Shown here: positions 37,244 through 46,581 of the stretch, one piece after another
Numbering within the stretch: the stretch's first letter is position 1
How the letters are laid out: the number at the start of each line of letters is the position of its first letter
NCBI GenBank assembly: GCA_034723395.1
Contig: JAYEOW010000004.1
Span: forward strand, 35,279 to 99,278
Length of the DNA stretch: 64,000 nt
DNA from: Candidatus Margulisiibacteriota bacterium
GTDB lineage: Bacteria; Margulisbacteria; WOR-1; O2-12-FULL-45-9
Direction: 5' to 3'
Position numbers and translations under genes: made by a program
The notes under the pieces: model-generated
What the model saw: the letters and a program-made list of their open reading frames with translations, nothing else
What the model was told of the DNA's origin: nothing
Database searches by the model: none

Positions 37244-38634
37244 ATCCCTCCCGAATAAAAAAAATTCTAGTTGTTAGGCCGGACGCTATCGGAGATTTAG
37301 TCCTAACCACTGCCGCAATCGCTGCTTTAAAAATCAAATACCCCCAAGCCCACATCGCAGTCTTAGCCAGAAAATATAACCAGATTATCGTAAAAAACAA
37401 TCCCGCGGTTGATGAGGTCATCAGCGATGATATTTTTGATTGTATTGCCAAACATAAAAAGATCGGGATAACCAAATACCGGCACTGGATACAATATCTT
37501 AAGCAAAAGAAATTTGACCTGATGATCAACTTTTACAGTGAATTCCCCTATGCTTTAATTGGATTTTTAGCTAAGATCACTTTTCGTATCGGCGATAAGG
37601 GGAAAATACTATTTAGCTGGCTTTACAACTTCCCGGTTAAGCAAAATTTTAAGAATATGGCTGTCCATGAAGTAGAACATCAGTTTGAGCTCCTAAAACC
37701 TTTGGGAATCGAAATGACTGGCGAGTCAAAATTAAAAATCTATCCCACCGCGGAAGCACTCGCCAAAGGAAAAAAGATTATCTCCGAAAATGGATTACAA
37801 GGGAAAAAATTAATTGCTATCAATCTTGGTTCAGGTGGAAGCGACAAAGCCTGGGCGATTAAAAACGTCCAAGCACTTATTAAAGCCCTCGCCAAGAAAT
37901 ACGAAACCAAAACCATTTTATTGGGCGGGCCCGATGAAAAAGCTTTTGCTGAAAAAATCCTCCCAGAAATAAGCGAATTTATTGTCGATCAAGTAGGATT
38001 ATCCTTTGATGCACTTTTCGGAATAATTAGCCAAATGCATTTATTTATCGGCAATAACACCGGCCCCACCCATATTGCCTCAGCTTTGCAAATCCCAACC
38101 GTTGTCACGTACAATTCAAAGTTTCAAAAACCTGGCCGATGGGCCCCATGGGCTAACCGTCATAAAGTAATCAAGGTAGTATCAAAATGCCCCTATCCTT
38201 GTAATCCACCCATTTGTAAAAGGGATATCTGTACTACCGAAATCAGTGTTGACGATGTTTTACTAGCAGCCGAAGAACTCCTAGCTGGCAAAGGATCGCT
38301 CTCCAAGGAGGAAGACAAACTCGAGCGTGCCAGATTGAGTTTTAACATTTTGACTTTTGGCAATGATCCGTTAAAAAATAAGATCTTAAAACAATTAAAA
38401 GATAAGAACTGGCGGGTTTGGGATATTTCTGCGGAGGACTTAAAAAAAATAGGTCTAAGGGATCTTCTCGACTTTCTCTTTAGATACGACATAAATATCA
38501 TTCATGCTATGGGGCAATCATCACCAAAACTTAAAATAGCAGCCTTACTCTCTTGCTTAAAATCCCCCTCCCCAATTATTTATCTTAACTATAAAGGGTC
38601 CGATCTTAATCATTACCTAGATTTGATAAAATAA
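37231..38634 (+). CDS. glycosyltransferase family 9 (LPS heptosyltransferase-like) with a C-terminal extension of about 120 aa
   Basis: 467 aa; ILVVRPDAIGDLVLTT, GNNTGPTHIASAL. Confidence 0.85.
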   Translation: MPQIDPSRIKKILVVRPDAIGDLVLTTAAIAALKIKYPQAHIAVLARKYNQIIVKNNPAVDEVISDDIFDCIAKHKKIGITKYRHWIQYLKQKKFDLMINFYSEFPYALIGFLAKITFRIGDKGKILFSWLYNFPVKQNFKNMAVHEVEHQFELLKPLGIEMTGESKLKIYPTAEALAKGKKIISENGLQGKKLIAINLGSGGSDKAWAIKNVQALIKALAKKYETKTILLGGPDEKAFAEKILPEISEFIVDQVGLSFDALFGIISQMHLFIGNNTGPTHIASALQIPTVVTYNSKFQKPGRWAPWANRHKVIKVVSKCPYPCNPPICKRDICTTEISVDDVLLAAEELLAGKGSLSKEEDKLERARLSFNILTFGNDPLKNKILKQLKDKNWRVWDISAEDLKKIGLRDLLDFLFRYDINIIHAMGQSSPKLKIAALLSCLKSPSPIIYLNYKGSDLNHYLDLIK

Positions 38635-38644
38635 TTATCGATTA

Positions 38645-38653
38645 TGCTATAAT
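38645..38653 (+). promoter_or_regulatory. extended -10 promoter (TGCTATAAT) for the GT2 gene at 38664
   Basis: 10 nt upstream of the ATG. Confidence 0.45.
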
Positions 38654-38663
38654 TAGGCCAGAA

Positions 38664-39542
38664 ATGAAGATTAGTATTGTTATTGGGACCTATAACCAGA
38701 AAGATACTTTAGAAATGGTCCTCCGATCATTTGCGGATCAAACCATCCCCCCTTCGGATTATGAAATCGTGGTTATCGACAGCTCATCAAGCGATGGCAC
38801 CGATCAGATGATGAACCATATTAAAGTCCCTTACTCTCTCAAGTATCTCGTTAAAGAAAATAAGGGAAAATCTTCGGCCCGCAACCACGGCGTAAAGGAA
38901 GCGCGATCAGACATTATCCTGCTGACCGACGCCGATATGATCGCCGCCAACGACCTCCTCGAAAATCACCTGATTGTCCATCAACAGAAGAAGAATGCTT
39001 CGGTTGAAGGAGCAACCTATAATTTAAAGAAAAAAGTTACGGTTGACGAGTTGAATCCTAATCATCCAGATGTAGAACCATATATAAAACAACACTTTAG
39101 GAATGGTAAAAAACTTAAATGGTCGTATTTTTTAAGCGGGAATCTATCTTTAAAAAAAGATGCTTTTTTACGCGCTGGTGGATTTGATGAAAAGTTTAGC
39201 ATTTATGGCTGGGAGGATATTGAACTCGGTTATCGTCTTAAAAAGATGGGGGTTCCATTAATTTATTGCGCGAAAGCAGCTAATTATCACTACCACTTTG
39301 TATCCGGTGAAGATATGTTAAAGCGAAAATATAGGATGGGGCAATCTGCCGCCTACTTTTACCGCAAACATCCCAACTTTACCGTCAAAATGTTTTTGGG
39401 GATGAATCCGATCGCTATGTTTATCTTTAACTATCTAAAGAAACAGCCGGAAAAGCTAAAAAAGATAACCAATCAATATATCCTCGAGGAATATTATTAC
39501 CGGCTAGGTCTAACTGAGGAATTGGAAAAGCTTAAATCGTAA
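38664..39542 (+). CDS. glycosyltransferase family 2
   Basis: 292 aa; ISIVIGTYNQ, VIDSSSSDGT, LTDADM. Confidence 0.85.
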   Translation: MKISIVIGTYNQKDTLEMVLRSFADQTIPPSDYEIVVIDSSSSDGTDQMMNHIKVPYSLKYLVKENKGKSSARNHGVKEARSDIILLTDADMIAANDLLENHLIVHQQKKNASVEGATYNLKKKVTVDELNPNHPDVEPYIKQHFRNGKKLKWSYFLSGNLSLKKDAFLRAGGFDEKFSIYGWEDIELGYRLKKMGVPLIYCAKAANYHYHFVSGEDMLKRKYRMGQSAAYFYRKHPNFTVKMFLGMNPIAMFIFNYLKKQPEKLKKITNQYILEEYYYRLGLTEELEKLKS

Positions 39543-40365
39543 AGGGCCCTATCCTACACGGTACGTACTTACGCGCCCGCAACCATCTATTTAAGATCGA
39601 TCCCTGTTTATCCAATTCGAATTCGTGGAAGGAGCCGTCAAATCTCCTGGCTACTTTATAATTTGGCAATATATCCTGGAAACAGCTGGCTTGATCTTGG
39701 ATTTGGTTGTAACTGGCCGAAAAACCTACTTCCTCACTCCTTTTTTTCTTTTTTAATACCTGGCCGACCGATCGATACGGATAGTGCTTATAAATTGGAA
39801 AATATTTATACATTTTCCAGCCTATTCCGTGCGGTAATACCCTCCCGTGCTCACTAAGTTCATAATATATCCCCGGTTTGTTTTTAAACTGTCGTATCTC
39901 TAAAAGTCCTGGGCAATACCACTTTATCCTCTCTTGCAATGACTCAATCGATTCTAAATCTTTCCCCTTGTCGGTAGAATGCAGGAAAAAGTTCATCGCG
40001 TACCAATTCACCTTCTCTGCCCCCGCTTTTTCCGCTTTTTCGGATATCTTGTTCGGATCATCATAAAATATCTCATCACCGTGAAGAAGGGTAAACCATC
40101 CTTCATAGCCATACAGCTCCTGCGCTTTTTCCAGGATAAATTGGCGGGCGCCATCCTTAAATTTCCTGTTTGGAAGTTTATCGAGGATCTCACTATCTTT
40201 TATGAAATACGTAACTGCATCATAGCTGCGGACAATCTCTTCGGTGCGGTCGGAAGAACCATCCAATACCAGTATCTTATCGAAGTATTTGGCATGCTCA
40301 TTCATTACCTCTTCGATGCAATCTTCTTCGTTACAGGTCATCATTAATCCAATATTTTGGACCAC
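39532..40365 (-). CDS. GT2-like glycosyltransferase (divergent)
   Basis: 277 aa; LMMTCNEEDCI, VLDGSSDRT, LHGDEIF. GTG start shares one nt with the upstream TAG stop. Confidence 0.5.
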   Translation of the reverse strand: MVQNIGLMMTCNEEDCIEEVMNEHAKYFDKILVLDGSSDRTEEIVRSYDAVTYFIKDSEILDKLPNRKFKDGARQFILEKAQELYGYEGWFTLLHGDEIFYDDPNKISEKAEKAGAEKVNWYAMNFFLHSTDKGKDLESIESLQERIKWYCPGLLEIRQFKNKPGIYYELSEHGRVLPHGIGWKMYKYFPIYKHYPYRSVGQVLKKKKRSEEVGFSASYNQIQDQASCFQDILPNYKVARRFDGSFHEFELDKQGSILNRWLRARKYVPCRIGPFTI

Positions 40366-41354
40366 TAACCTAACTCCTTTTTTACTGCCTGGAACAAATC
40401 ATCAACTGCTAACTGATCCATACAGCTAGGCCGCTCATCGCAACTTTTTTTATAACAAACTAAACAACCAACATCCGCAAAAACTTTTGTTCCCAAACCA
40501 TAAAGTTCTATTTCAGTCGGTGAAGTTGGACCAAAGAAAGCAACGATCTTTTTTCCTAGGGCAATTCCAAAGTGTAAAGCTAAGCTGTCCGAACTTATCA
40601 GAAGCTGACACTGATTGATCACCGCCGCAAAATTGCGCAACGAATGAATACCCCCATTCGGCATATCGGTCTCTTTGGAGATAATCTCATTCCTCTCTTT
40701 TTCATCGGGGCCTCCAAGGATCAAAGAAACCACGCCCAAATCTTTTCGCAGCCTTCTGATCAGGTCAACTGTCTTTTCAATACTCAAACTCTTAAGCGAC
40801 CACCGCTTCCCCGCTCCAGTATTGATCCCCACAATTCTCTCTTTTCCCCCTCCGCCTTTGCCTATGCCTAAGCCTTTTACATATTTCTCCCCATACTCAA
40901 TCTCCTCAGGCGTCAGACTAAAGATATACTCTCCAATATTTATCCCCAAAAGATCAGCCATATGCTGCTGATATGTTTTGGTGTTTTCTTTTTTCAATCG
41001 ATTAGCCTCGGCTAATCCATCTTTAGAAATGATCGACATATCAAACCAGGCTGAAGGCGTATAAGTTATCTTTCCATCTTGAAGATAAGAACCTAAAATT
41101 TTATTCGATTTAACCTTTGAAGCAAGTTCACAAGCTTTAAGATCGTCTTCCAGGCTAATTACCAAATCGTATTCACCTAGTTTATCCCTTTCTTTCCAGG
41201 TATAGAGCTTACTAATATACGGATCATTCAAAAGGATATCTTTTGCCGATTCTGCGGTTATCCAATCAATCTCCCCCGACCTTAGCCCGGGAAGGATAGA
41301 TGTCGTCCGCAGAACATCGCCAACAGCTCCCAATTTAATAATTAATATCTTCAT
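40365..41354 (-). CDS. glycosyltransferase family 9 (heptosyltransferase-like)
   Basis: 329 aa; MKILIIKLGAVGDVLRTT, SSDSLALHFGIALG. Confidence 0.85.
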   Translation of the reverse strand: MKILIIKLGAVGDVLRTTSILPGLRSGEIDWITAESAKDILLNDPYISKLYTWKERDKLGEYDLVISLEDDLKACELASKVKSNKILGSYLQDGKITYTPSAWFDMSIISKDGLAEANRLKKENTKTYQQHMADLLGINIGEYIFSLTPEEIEYGEKYVKGLGIGKGGGGKERIVGINTGAGKRWSLKSLSIEKTVDLIRRLRKDLGVVSLILGGPDEKERNEIISKETDMPNGGIHSLRNFAAVINQCQLLISSDSLALHFGIALGKKIVAFFGPTSPTEIELYGLGTKVFADVGCLVCYKKSCDERPSCMDQLAVDDLFQAVKKELG

Positions 41355-41360
41355 AGCTTA

Positions 41361-41369
41361 TGTTATAAT
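41361..41369 (+). promoter_or_regulatory. extended -10 promoter (TGTTATAAT) for the second GT-C/GT2 module
   Basis: It lies in the 14-bp gap next to the divergent GT9 start (41354). It is followed by a leader of about 60 nt with alternative hairpins. Confidence 0.45.
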
Positions 41370-41437
41370 TGATTCTGAAACCTGCGAGGAAACCGAAAAT
41401 TCATTCTCAGGTTTCCGAGCATAAAAGGTATTTTAGC

Positions 41438-42829
41438 ATGTTTTTATTGTTATTTTTAGGAATAATAAATCTGTTCAAGCTTTGGCTGGTCCGTTTCCTC
41501 CCATTGCTGGGAGATGAAGCGTATTATAATCTCTGGTCAAGGTATCCGGCATTGAGCTATACCGATCACCCGCCGATGATCGCCTGGATCCACGGTTTGA
41601 TCGGACAGAACGAATTTGGTGTACGCTTAGGAGCAATTATCACTCTACTGATCGCAACCTGGCTGATCTACCAGATCGGCAAAGAGGCTTTCGGCAAAAA
41701 GATCGGAGCCGCTTCGGCAGTTATTTTCAACCTGGTCCCAACTTATTTCGTTGGCGGATTATTCCTAACTCCCGAACAGCCGTTAATTATTTTCTGGCTG
41801 TTAGCAATTTATTTTACGATCCAAATTATCAAGACCGGAGAAAGTAAAAATTGGTACCTACTCGGCATTTCAATTGGTCTCGGCCTCTTAAGTAAATACC
41901 CGATGGTACTCTTTATCCCCGGTCTTTTTCTTTTTATCGTTTTATCTGAAAAGCATAGAAGCTGGCTTAAGCGAAAAGAACCTTATCTGGCAATTGTTCT
42001 CGCCTCTTTAATCGCATCTCCGGTACTGATCTGGAATATACAAAATAATTTCCCGGCGCTAGCCCATCATGGAGCAAGATTGGGAAACCCGAATTATCTC
42101 AGCAATGTCCTTTATTTCTTTGTTCTACAGTTTCTGATGTACTCTCCCCCACTCTTTATTTTTAGTTGTTCTACCTTCTTCTTTGAGTTCTGGAAAAGGT
42201 TTAAACAGTTTGATGATTACTCACTTTTCTTGATTGCTTCATCGCTAGCGGCCTTTATCCCCTTTCTTTTCGTTAGCCCTTTTACCCTGGTTGGGGGGCA
42301 CTGGACTTCTACCGTCTATCTCGGAATAATCGTATTGCTCTGTCATAAATTTCTTACCGCTTTCCCAAAACCATTCAAAACCTCCAGATTCTGGTTTAAC
42401 ATGACAATCATTATCCTGATCAATGTCCTTTTCGTAAGTTACTATGCGTTCATCTATCCAATTCCCGAAGGTTTAACCTATAAAACAAATAGTGAATTAC
42501 CCGCGTTTATTAAAACGGTAGATGCAGACTATGTATTTTCAAACCAGATGGGGGTCGGCAGCCTGGTCGCCTTTTATGGTAAAACCGATGCTTATCTTCC
42601 TAGCGGCTACTGGAAACAATTTGATATCTGGGGACACCCGGAAGTCAAAAAGGGTGAAAGCGTCCTTTACTTTGTATTTGGGGACCCGGAAATGGAGAAG
42701 AAACTAAAAAAAGTGTTCTGGCAGGTAAAAGAAGATAAAACAAAAAGATTAATGATCAAAGATTCAGACATCCCGGTAAAGACCAGGATCTATATCTGTA
42801 AATATTTTAAAGGAGGAAGATTGCCATAA
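41438..42829 (+). CDS. GT-C fold glycosyltransferase, ArnT/PMT-like (second copy)
   Basis: I start at ATG 41438 (MFLLLFLG). GDEAYYNLW, DHPPM, multi-TM. TGTTATAAT promoter at 41361-41369. The TTG at 41369 in the ORF track overlaps the -10 box. Confidence 0.7.
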   Translation: MFLLLFLGIINLFKLWLVRFLPLLGDEAYYNLWSRYPALSYTDHPPMIAWIHGLIGQNEFGVRLGAIITLLIATWLIYQIGKEAFGKKIGAASAVIFNLVPTYFVGGLFLTPEQPLIIFWLLAIYFTIQIIKTGESKNWYLLGISIGLGLLSKYPMVLFIPGLFLFIVLSEKHRSWLKRKEPYLAIVLASLIASPVLIWNIQNNFPALAHHGARLGNPNYLSNVLYFFVLQFLMYSPPLFIFSCSTFFFEFWKRFKQFDDYSLFLIASSLAAFIPFLFVSPFTLVGGHWTSTVYLGIIVLLCHKFLTAFPKPFKTSRFWFNMTIIILINVLFVSYYAFIYPIPEGLTYKTNSELPAFIKTVDADYVFSNQMGVGSLVAFYGKTDAYLPSGYWKQFDIWGHPEVKKGESVLYFVFGDPEMEKKLKKVFWQVKEDKTKRLMIKDSDIPVKTRIYICKYFKGGRLP

Positions 42830-43533
42830 CTGCTCTATCAATTATTGTCCCAACCTATAATGAGAGTGAAAATATCGGCCTGTTGACTGAGAAGGTTTTT
42901 AAAATTATGCGGGCAAACAATATCGACACCGAAATGATCATCGTCGATGACAATTCGCCGGACGGCACCGCTGAAGTCGCCCAAACCCAGGCATTCGCTT
43001 ATCCGCTCAAGATAATTATCAGAAAAGACAAAAAAGGGCTCGGTTCCGCGATCATAGACGGGATAAATGCCGCCCAATCCCCTGTTGTCTGTGTTATGGA
43101 TGCTGATCTGAGCCATCCGCCGGAGGCAATCCCAGAAATGTTCAAACTTATCCAAAGCGGGAACGCCGAATTAGTAATCGGCAGCCGGCGGGTAAAGGGA
43201 GGCGGCACTTCCGAATGGATCTGGTATCGTAAAGTTATCCACTGGATCGCCGCTTTTATGGGATCGTTCCTTACCTCGGTAAAAGATCTTACTTCCGGCT
43301 TTTTTATGTTCGAAAAAAAGATCATCGATGATATTAAACTCGAGCCGAAGAGCTGGAAGATCGGGCTCGAGATCATCGTCAAGGGACGCTATGACAAATA
43401 CCTTGAATGCCCGATCACTTTTGTCGAGCGCGAAGCGGGAAAGAGCAAAATGGGAAGCAAAGAGGTGGTCGCCTACCTCATGCACCTCCTCTCTCTCTCA
43501 ATTTATAAGATCAGCCATCGAAAAAACAGATGA
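42826..43533 (+). CDS. polyprenyl-phosphate glycosyltransferase (GT2, Dpm1-like, second copy) with an apparent non-canonical start
   Basis: The conserved LSIIVPTYNESENIG lies upstream of the first canonical start (TTG 42883). In-frame candidates are ATA 42826 (overlaps the upstream TAA, 9 nt after AGGAGG) or ATT 42820. Also VDDNSPDGT and VMDADLSH. Confidence 0.75.
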   Translation: MTALSIIVPTYNESENIGLLTEKVFKIMRANNIDTEMIIVDDNSPDGTAEVAQTQAFAYPLKIIIRKDKKGLGSAIIDGINAAQSPVVCVMDADLSHPPEAIPEMFKLIQSGNAELVIGSRRVKGGGTSEWIWYRKVIHWIAAFMGSFLTSVKDLTSGFFMFEKKIIDDIKLEPKSWKIGLEIIVKGRYDKYLECPITFVEREAGKSKMGSKEVVAYLMHLLSLSIYKISHRKNR

Positions 43534-44375
43534 AAGACCTTTCAATCATAATTGTAAACCTCAATAACAAAAAGATCCTCGATGAATGCCTCGCCTCGAT
43601 CTATAAAAATACAAAAAAAATAAATTTCGAGACCATAGTTAGCGACAACGGGTCAAGCGACGGCACCCAAGAAATGGTTAAAACAAGATATCCGCAGGTA
43701 AAATTGATCAAAAATGGAGAAAATCTCGGTTTTGTTAAAGGAAATAACATTGGGCTCAAGCAAGCAGAGGCGCGCTACTCCATCCTACTTAACAACGACA
43801 CAATGGTGAAAGAGTCCGCGTTAGATAAAATGGTCGAATTCATGGATGCTAACCCGGCAGTCGGTGCCTGCGGACCTAAATTATTAAACATCGATGGGAC
43901 TGTTCAACGGCAGGGAGGGGTATTCGGTAAAAAATTCTGGAAATCGCAAAAAGCGCTAGCGGTAGATTTTGTGATCGGCGCCGCCCTCCTGGTTAGAAAA
44001 GAGGTCATCGATCGGGTCGGAATGATGGATGAAAATCTCTTCTTTTACAATGAAGATCTCGATTGGTGCATGACGATCAGGAAAGCGGGCTATAAGGTTT
44101 GCTACCTTCCTCAAGCAGAAATTATCCATTACGGCGGATTTAGCAGCAAAAAAGGCTTTAATAAGCGGCTCCTGGTGGAAGGTTTTAAAGGAGGATTGTA
44201 TTTTTGCCGAAAACACTATGGTGAGGTAATATACAACATTTATCGCCTGCTCCTCATCCTTGGACTAATCCTGATCCTCCCCTTTTTACTGAACAACCCC
44301 GAGAAATTCAAAGCCTATTGCGAAATTATCGCTATCGCCTGGCGTGGACAAATCCCAAAAGCTGTGCTAAAATAA
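43530..44375 (+). CDS. glycosyltransferase family 2 (rhamnosyltransferase-like)
   Basis: 281 aa; [30 protein letters not shown]. Confidence 0.85.
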   Translation: MKDLSIIIVNLNNKKILDECLASIYKNTKKINFETIVSDNGSSDGTQEMVKTRYPQVKLIKNGENLGFVKGNNIGLKQAEARYSILLNNDTMVKESALDKMVEFMDANPAVGACGPKLLNIDGTVQRQGGVFGKKFWKSQKALAVDFVIGAALLVRKEVIDRVGMMDENLFFYNEDLDWCMTIRKAGYKVCYLPQAEIIHYGGFSSKKGFNKRLLVEGFKGGLYFCRKHYGEVIYNIYRLLLILGLILILPFLLNNPEKFKAYCEIIAIAWRGQIPKAVLK

Positions 44376-44382
44376 GATTGTT

Positions 44383-44658
44383 ATGAAAGAGAAAATTCAC
44401 CCAAAATATTTTGACACGGTCGCAACCTGCGCTTGCGGTGCCACCCACAAGGTCGGTTCGACAAAAGAGAAGATCAGAGTAGATATCTGTTCGTCCTGCC
44501 ATCCCCTCTTTACCGGGAAACAAAAATTGATGGACATCGAAGGACGCGTCCAAAAGTTCAAGAAGAAATACGCCAATATAAAACCCCGCAAAAAGAAGAC
44601 CACCAAAAAGAAAAAGAAAAAGACCCCCCGACAGGCTCGGGGCGACGCCAAGAAGTAA
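44383..44658 (+). CDS. rpmE: 50S ribosomal protein L31 (zinc-binding type) with a Lys-rich C-terminal tail
   Basis: MKEKIHPKY, CxC...CxxC ([17 protein letters not shown]), then a KKK-rich extension of about 25 aa. Confidence 0.9.
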   Translation: MKEKIHPKYFDTVATCACGATHKVGSTKEKIRVDICSSCHPLFTGKQKLMDIEGRVQKFKKKYANIKPRKKKTTKKKKKKTPRQARGDAKK

Positions 44659-44680
44659 CCCCATTAAATAAGGTCTTATT

Positions 44681-45742
44681 ATGCTTCTAGAAAAACTAGA
44701 AAATACAGAAAAGCGCTATGCCGAGCTGGAAAAACTTCTCAGCTCCCCTGAAATAATCAACGACCGCGAAAAGTTCCAGGAATACTCAAAAGAATTCGTC
44801 GACCTAAAAGAACTCCACGAAAAAGCCCAGGATTATATCAACACCATAAGAGAGATCAAAGAGGCCGAACAGTTAAGCCAGGACGAAGAGATGAAAGAGC
44901 TGGCAGAGAGTGAATTAAAAAAACTCAAAGCAAAAAAAAGTGGTTTAGAAAAAGCGATCGAGATCCTCCTGATCCCCAAAGACCCGCTGGACGAAAAAAA
45001 TATCATTATGGAGATCCGGGCCGGCACCGGAGGCGATGAGGCGGCACTTTTTGCCGGGAACCTCCTCCGCATGTACCTCCGCTATGCCGAAAGGAACGGT
45101 TGGGCTACTGAGATACTTTCGTCGAATCCGACCGGTCTCGGCGGCTATAAAGAGGTCACTTTTAATATTATCGGCAAAGGGGCTTACAGCCGGCTTAAAT
45201 ACGAAGGGGGAACCCATCGTGTCCAGCGTGTCCCGGATACCGAAACTAGCGGTCGCATCCACACCTCCGCGGCAACCGTTGCTGTATTACCCGAAGCCGA
45301 AGACCTAGACGTTAATATTATTGATAGGGACCTCAGAATTGATACTTATCGCGCCTCCGGCTCTGGCGGCCAACACGTCAATAAGACCGATTCTGCAGTA
45401 CGGATCACCCATATCCCCACCGGAGTAGTTGTAGCCTGCCAGGATGAGCGCTCCCAGCACCAAAACCGGGAAAAGGCGATGAAAATGCTTAGGGCCAAGA
45501 TATTTGAAGCGGCCGAAGAGGAAAAGCGGAAAGAACGGGAATCGGCCCGCCGGGTAATGGTTGGGACCGGGGATCGCTCCGAAAAAATACGCACTTATAA
45601 TTATCCCCAGGGACGCTTGACCGACCATAGGATCGGATTTACGATCTACAGCCTGGACAAAGTCCTCGATGGGGAGATCAACGAGGTTATCGAAGCCTTG
45701 ATAAACGCCGACCGAATAGCAAAGCTGAAAAAAATGAAGTAA
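44681..45742 (+). CDS. prfA: peptide chain release factor 1
   Basis: 353 aa; [25 protein letters not shown] (GGQ) and [17 protein letters not shown] (PxT). Confidence 0.95.
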   Translation: MLLEKLENTEKRYAELEKLLSSPEIINDREKFQEYSKEFVDLKELHEKAQDYINTIREIKEAEQLSQDEEMKELAESELKKLKAKKSGLEKAIEILLIPKDPLDEKNIIMEIRAGTGGDEAALFAGNLLRMYLRYAERNGWATEILSSNPTGLGGYKEVTFNIIGKGAYSRLKYEGGTHRVQRVPDTETSGRIHTSAATVAVLPEAEDLDVNIIDRDLRIDTYRASGSGGQHVNKTDSAVRITHIPTGVVVACQDERSQHQNREKAMKMLRAKIFEAAEEEKRKERESARRVMVGTGDRSEKIRTYNYPQGRLTDHRIGFTIYSLDKVLDGEINEVIEALINADRIAKLKKMK

Positions 45743-46581
45743 TGGAAGTCTGGACCATCACCAAACTTCACAAATGGACCAGCAGATATCTCAATTCCCG
45801 CCTTGAGGCCGAAATCCTCATCGCCTATTCACTGAAGCTAAAAAGGATCGAGCTTTATATAAACCACGAACGGGTAGTGAATGAGAAAGAGCTGGCTGAT
45901 TTTAAAAAGCTGATCCAGCGGCGTAAACAAGGCGAACCGATCGCTTATATAACCGGGACCCAACCCTTTATGTCACTCGAGTTTTTTGTCGATCGCTCTG
46001 TTTTGATCCCCCGGCCAGAAACCGAGAGATTAGTTGAAGTTGTAATCGACCACCACGGCTCACAACTCACAATCGCCGACATCGGAACTGGTTCCGGAGC
46101 AATCGCAATCAGTCTGGCCAAATACCTCCCAGAAATAAAAGTTATCGGTATCGATACCTCGCCGGACGCCATTAAAATCTCACAAAAGAATGCGGAACAT
46201 CATAAGGTTAGCGGCCGCTGCGAATTTAGGATTGGAAATCTCCTCGAACCGCTTAAAGAAAAGGTCGATCTTATCGCCTCCAATCCGCCCTATATCCCGA
46301 CTCAAGATATCGAAACGCTTGAAACCGATGTAAAAGATTGGGAACCGATCCAAGCCTTAGACGGCGGAGTTGATGGGTTGGATTACATTCGAAAACTTGT
46401 TAACCAAGCTCCTGACTACCTGAATTCAAACGGCCGGTTATTGATCGAAATCGGATTTGATCAGGGGGGAAAAGTTAAATCACTTGTGGAAAATAACGGA
46501 AAATATAAAACTATAGAAATTATTAGAGACCTGAGTGGAAAAGATCGGATACTAAAAGCTATTCTGCAAAATGATCACTGA
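45742..46581 (+). CDS. prmC: release factor glutamine N5-methyltransferase
   Basis: 279 aa; DIGTGSGAIA SAM motif and NPPY. Confidence 0.9.
   Translation: MEVWTITKLHKWTSRYLNSRLEAEILIAYSLKLKRIELYINHERVVNEKELADFKKLIQRRKQGEPIAYITGTQPFMSLEFFVDRSVLIPRPETERLVEVVIDHHGSQLTIADIGTGSGAIAISLAKYLPEIKVIGIDTSPDAIKISQKNAEHHKVSGRCEFRIGNLLEPLKEKVDLIASNPPYIPTQDIETLETDVKDWEPIQALDGGVDGLDYIRKLVNQAPDYLNSNGRLLIEIGFDQGGKVKSLVENNGKYKTIEIIRDLSGKDRILKAILQNDH

Noticed and set aside
44681-45742. RF1 PxT tripeptide reading PDT as a sign of altered stop-codon decoding
   Set aside because: The middle residue of PxT is variable among bacteria. TGA, TAA and TAG all terminate well-supported genes in this window, so the standard code 11 fits.
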